Shown here: positions 60,627 through 64,000 of the stretch, piece by piece
Numbering within the stretch: position 1 is the first letter of the stretch
Layout of the letters: every line of letters begins with the position of its first letter
Assembly (NCBI GenBank): GCA_020348925.1
Contig: CP070758.1
Coordinates: forward strand, 3,301,688-3,365,687
Length of the DNA: 64,000 nucleotides
Source of the DNA: Gemmatimonadota bacterium
Lineage (GTDB): Bacteria > JBHIER01 > G020348925
Direction: 5' to 3'
Notes under the pieces: generated by a model
The model's database searches: none
Seen by the model: only the letters and a program-made list of their open reading frames with translations
What the model was told of the DNA's origin: nothing
Program-made: the position numbers and the translations under genes

Positions 60627-63323
60627 ATGAGACGATTCACGTACCTTTTCATCCTCCTGTTCATACCCGGGATTCTTCTCGGTCAATCCGAGGTCGTTCG
60701 TAGAATAGAGCTGAAACTCGAACCGGCAGCTCGAGAGCGGGCCAATTTTCTCCCGTACCGCCAGATCAAACGGCCCAAGGTGGGGCTGGCTCTGAGCGGC
60801 GGTGGGGCGCGCGGCTTGGCCCACATCGGTGTGCTCAAGGCGCTGGAGGAGGCCGGTATCCAGGTTGATATGATCGCCGGTACCAGCATGGGCTCCATTG
60901 TCGGCGGTCTCTATGCGGCCGGATATTCCGCCGAGGAGCTGGAACGCCTGGCCTTAAACATCGATTGGGCCGATCTGTTCGTGGACACACCGGCCCGCAC
61001 CGACCTCTTTTTAGGTCAGAAACAGGAGAAGGCCAAACACTTTCTCCAGATCCGATTTGCCGGGTTTCAGCCCTACATCCCGCCCGCATATACCGCCGGT
61101 CAGAAGCTGAGCAACCTTCTCACCAGTCTGACGCTTGAGGCCAATTACAGATCCGGCGGCGACTTTGACCGATTAAACATCCCCTTTCGAACGGTCACGA
61201 CCGATCTCGTCTCAGGCGACAAGGTCGTCTTGTCCCGGGGCGATCTCGGCGAAGCTCTGCGCGCCAGTTTAACCGTTCCTCTCCTTTTTACCCCGGTCGA
61301 GCGGGGCGACTGGCTCCTGGCGGACGGGGGTATCGTCGACTACCTGCCCATCGACGTCGTTCGTGCTATGGGAGCCAATATCGTCATAGCCGTGAATATC
61401 CTCAACAGCCTCCGCTCCAAAGAGAACCTTCAATCCCCCTGGGAAGTTGCGGATCAGGTGATCAGCATCATTATGATGATCTCCAACGAAAGACAGATGC
61501 CGGAAGCCGATGTCATCATCGATCCCAACCTCCGAGACCATTCCTCCCTCGACTTCAGCGGCATCGACCGGCTCATCAGCTGGGGCGAGGAGGCCGCCCG
61601 GGGCAAGCTCGACCGGATACATCAATTGCTCCATGAAAAAGCGGTGCACATCGACAACGACGTCACGTTTTCCGTTTCGACGGTTTCGGTCGAACCGTTG
61701 AACACTCTTGAGGATAAGGTCTTATCGGATAAGATCTCGACCGGACCGGGGGACATTGCCGATCTCACGCAAGTCCACCAAGACCTGGAGCACATCTACG
61801 ACCTCGGGTACTTTCAATCGGTGACGGCCACAGTTGAGATGGACACAACCACCCCTGACCCCCCTGTGGCACACGTGCGCTTCGACCCGCACGAGAATCC
61901 ACCCTTCCGCAGGATTATTCTGATGAACAACACGATGTTCCCCACGGATTCTATCCTGGCCAAAACCGTCTCGGAGCCGGGGAAGCCACTAAACTTCAGG
62001 ACCGGCGCGCAGGATGTCTTCAACATTTTAAACCTCTACCACAGAAACGGATATGTCTTAGCGAAAATCGACGACATCGATTTCGACGAAGGGACCGGAA
62101 TCGTAACCGTCGTCATCGAGGAGGGTCGAATTTCCAATTTCGACATCTCCGGCAACCGTCGCACCAGAGAGCACGTCATCCTGCGGGAGTTCCCCCTTCA
62201 ATCCGGACAGGTGTTTAATCTCAATAGGGCCAACAGGGGTATCAATAACATCTACAGCACCGGATTATTCGACAGAGTCCACCTGAATATTGAAAAATCG
62301 GGGGATTCAACGAGCGTCTGTCTCGATGTGGTAGAGAAAAAGTTCGACCTCTTGAGGCTCGGAACCCGATACGATCGCGAATATGAGACCGAGGGGTTCA
62401 TTGAGTTTCATGACGACAATCTTTTCGGATACGGCGGCAAGTTCAATCTTCACCTCCAGTACGGGCAGCGGCGGCAGCGGTATGAGATCAATCTCAGGGC
62501 CGACCGGTTCTTCAGGACATATCTCACCTACCGTGGCTCGGCATACCACAGAAGACGCGAACAATATTACTACGGCTCAGACAATGTTCGACGCACCGAG
62601 TACAGGGAACGGCGATGGGGCACACGATTTGCCATCGGGCAACAGATTTTTCGACTCGGCACGGTCTCTGTGGAGGGGCGAGCGGAGGAGGTGAAACTGA
62701 GGACGAATTCGGAGAAAGGCCCTCAAGAAAACATCCAGATCAGGAGCCTCATATTCCGATCCGCCGTCGATAACCTGGACAGATATCCTTTCCCGGTTTC
62801 TGGAAATTACTCCCATCTTTTCCTCGAGCTCGCCGACGACATCCTGGGAGGAACGGCGTCCTACGTCAAGTTTTTCGGCACCCTCGAGTCGTACGCCACC
62901 TTCTTTTCAAGACACACGCTCCACCCTAAATTCAGCTTCGGCTCCATGGACCTCATCACACCCTTTTCGGAACGCTTCAAGGTCGGCGGCAACCGTATTT
63001 ACAACGAATATCCCGGCGAAGAGTACACGGTCAGGTTGTACGGATTTCACGATGAAGAGTTCGTAGGGCGCCAGCTGTTGTGGGCAAATATCGAATACCG
63101 CTACAAAACGCCTTGGTTCTCCTGGCTTGATCTGTACCTCTCAGGCCGATACGATGTGGGTTACCTGTGGCAGGAGGCCGAAACCTTCCGGAGCGACAGG
63201 ATCAAGGAGGCCTGGGGCGTAGGACTGGCCGTCGAGACACCTGTCGGGCCGGCGGAGGTCAACTACGGTCGCTCCAAGAAGGGCGAGGACCGGGTCTATT
63301 TCTCCTTCGGCTACTGGTACTGA
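60627..63323 (+). CDS. Patatin-like phospholipase with POTRA repeats and Omp85 beta-barrel (PlpD/type Vd-like)
   Basis: Signal peptide; GGGARG, GTSMG, DGG; POTRA (ISGNRRTREHVILRE...IYSTGLF); terminal TPVGP...YFSFGYWY. Confidence 0.9.
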   Translation: MRRFTYLFILLFIPGILLGQSEVVRRIELKLEPAARERANFLPYRQIKRPKVGLALSGGGARGLAHIGVLKALEEAGIQVDMIAGTSMGSIVGGLYAAGYSAEELERLALNIDWADLFVDTPARTDLFLGQKQEKAKHFLQIRFAGFQPYIPPAYTAGQKLSNLLTSLTLEANYRSGGDFDRLNIPFRTVTTDLVSGDKVVLSRGDLGEALRASLTVPLLFTPVERGDWLLADGGIVDYLPIDVVRAMGANIVIAVNILNSLRSKENLQSPWEVADQVISIIMMISNERQMPEADVIIDPNLRDHSSLDFSGIDRLISWGEEAARGKLDRIHQLLHEKAVHIDNDVTFSVSTVSVEPLNTLEDKVLSDKISTGPGDIADLTQVHQDLEHIYDLGYFQSVTATVEMDTTTPDPPVAHVRFDPHENPPFRRIILMNNTMFPTDSILAKTVSEPGKPLNFRTGAQDVFNILNLYHRNGYVLAKIDDIDFDEGTGIVTVVIEEGRISNFDISGNRRTREHVILREFPLQSGQVFNLNRANRGINNIYSTGLFDRVHLNIEKSGDSTSVCLDVVEKKFDLLRLGTRYDREYETEGFIEFHDDNLFGYGGKFNLHLQYGQRRQRYEINLRADRFFRTYLTYRGSAYHRRREQYYYGSDNVRRTEYRERRWGTRFAIGQQIFRLGTVSVEGRAEEVKLRTNSEKGPQENIQIRSLIFRSAVDNLDRYPFPVSGNYSHLFLELADDILGGTASYVKFFGTLESYATFFSRHTLHPKFSFGSMDLITPFSERFKVGGNRIYNEYPGEEYTVRLYGFHDEEFVGRQLLWANIEYRYKTPWFSWLDLYLSGRYDVGYLWQEAETFRSDRIKEAWGVGLAVETPVGPAEVNYGRSKKGEDRVYFSFGYWY

Positions 63324-63433
63324 GTTCCCCCCCTGCCTTTTCCGCACAATTCCTTCGACTCACAGCGCAACGCTATTCACCCAGTCTCATTGGAGCCGGA
63401 CGGACGAAGTCAACGTTCATATCCTTTTTGTAG

Positions 63434-63462
63434 TTGCCTTTCCCGGAGTGATTGTGTATATT
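63434..63462 (+). promoter_or_regulatory. Sigma70-type promoter upstream of tyrS
   Basis: TTGCCT-N17-TATATT. Confidence 0.5.
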
Positions 63463-63523
63463 CGAAAGCTCTTATGGACGCAGGAGATATGTCACAGAGT
63501 GAAGCACAGGAAAGGGATCAAGG

Positions 63524-64000
63524 ATGAAATCGGTCGAAGAACAATTTAAAGTCCTCATGCGCGGTGTGGACTACGGCGATGATGTCACCAAGCGCAACAT
63601 GGAGGAAGAATTACGGGACAGACTGAAGGCGGACCGGCCTCTGAAGGTTTACCTGGGTGTCGATCCCACCAGCCCGGATCTCCACCTGGGCCACATCGTG
63701 CCCATTCAGAAGCTGAAGCAGTTTCAGGATCTGGGGCACGAGATCACTTTTCTCATCGGGGATTTCACCGGCAGGGTCGGCGATCCCTCGGGTCAATCCA
63801 AGACACGCCCGATGCTCACCGATGAGGAGCTGAAGGTCAACGCCAAGACGTATACCGACCAGGTCTTCAGGATTCTCGACGAGAGGAGAACCCGGGTCGA
63901 ATTCAACAGTACCTGGCTCAGCAAGCTCACCTTTGAGGATGTTATCAAGCTGGCCTCCAGCTTCACTGTGGCCCAATTCCTGGAGCGGGATTACTTCAGG
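63524..64000 (+). CDS. tyrS: Tyrosine--tRNA ligase (runs off window; absent from ORF track)
   Basis: Own translation: MKSVEEQ...YLGVDPTSPDLHLGH (HIGH-type)...IGDFTGRVGDPSG.SKTRP...FNSTWL. Confidence 0.95.
   Translation, partial: MKSVEEQFKVLMRGVDYGDDVTKRNMEEELRDRLKADRPLKVYLGVDPTSPDLHLGHIVPIQKLKQFQDLGHEITFLIGDFTGRVGDPSGQSKTRPMLTDEELKVNAKTYTDQVFRILDERRTRVEFNSTWLSKLTFEDVIKLASSFTVAQFLERDYFR

Noticed and set aside
1..64000. Numerous antisense or overlapping ORFs in the track, including 63611-63976 minus
   Set aside because: They lie opposite or within well-supported genes and show no protein family motifs.

Overview
Scaffolded bacterial window with two 100-N gaps (25573-25672, 54895-54994). The secreted proteins ending NYPNPFNP...MVLMK with cohesin/dockerin modules suggest an FCB-group candidate lineage such as KSB1, Latescibacterota or Zixibacteria (inference). 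Layout: (1) dcw cluster rsmH-ftsL-ftsI-murE-murF-mraY-murD-ftsW-murG-murC-murB-ftsQ-ftsA-ftsZ, with no ddl; (2) two large minus-strand secreted multidomain proteins, one frameshifted in its C-terminal sorting domain, with REP-like palindromes; (3) an IS3-family element and two toxin-antitoxin pairs; (4) an S9 peptidase, a signal-peptide-bearing PepF, tRNA-His, a GAF/sigma54 activator, HU/IHF, an M23 peptidase, DUF523 and a membrane spermidine-synthase-like protein; (5) a sigma54 two-component system followed by a heavy-metal (Cu/Ag) locus with a YHS protein, a rhodanese/Met-His/dockerin/cohesin protein and CusCBA; (6) partial uvrA, iscS-iscU-[repeat-flanked DUF559]-cysE, a patatin-POTRA-barrel protein and partial tyrS. 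The strongest unannotated signal is a structured RNA motif with covarying stems present three times. Two copies lie in tandem between ftsQ and ftsA; the third lies in an apparent stand-alone sigma54-driven, terminator-bounded small transcript beside the metal locus.
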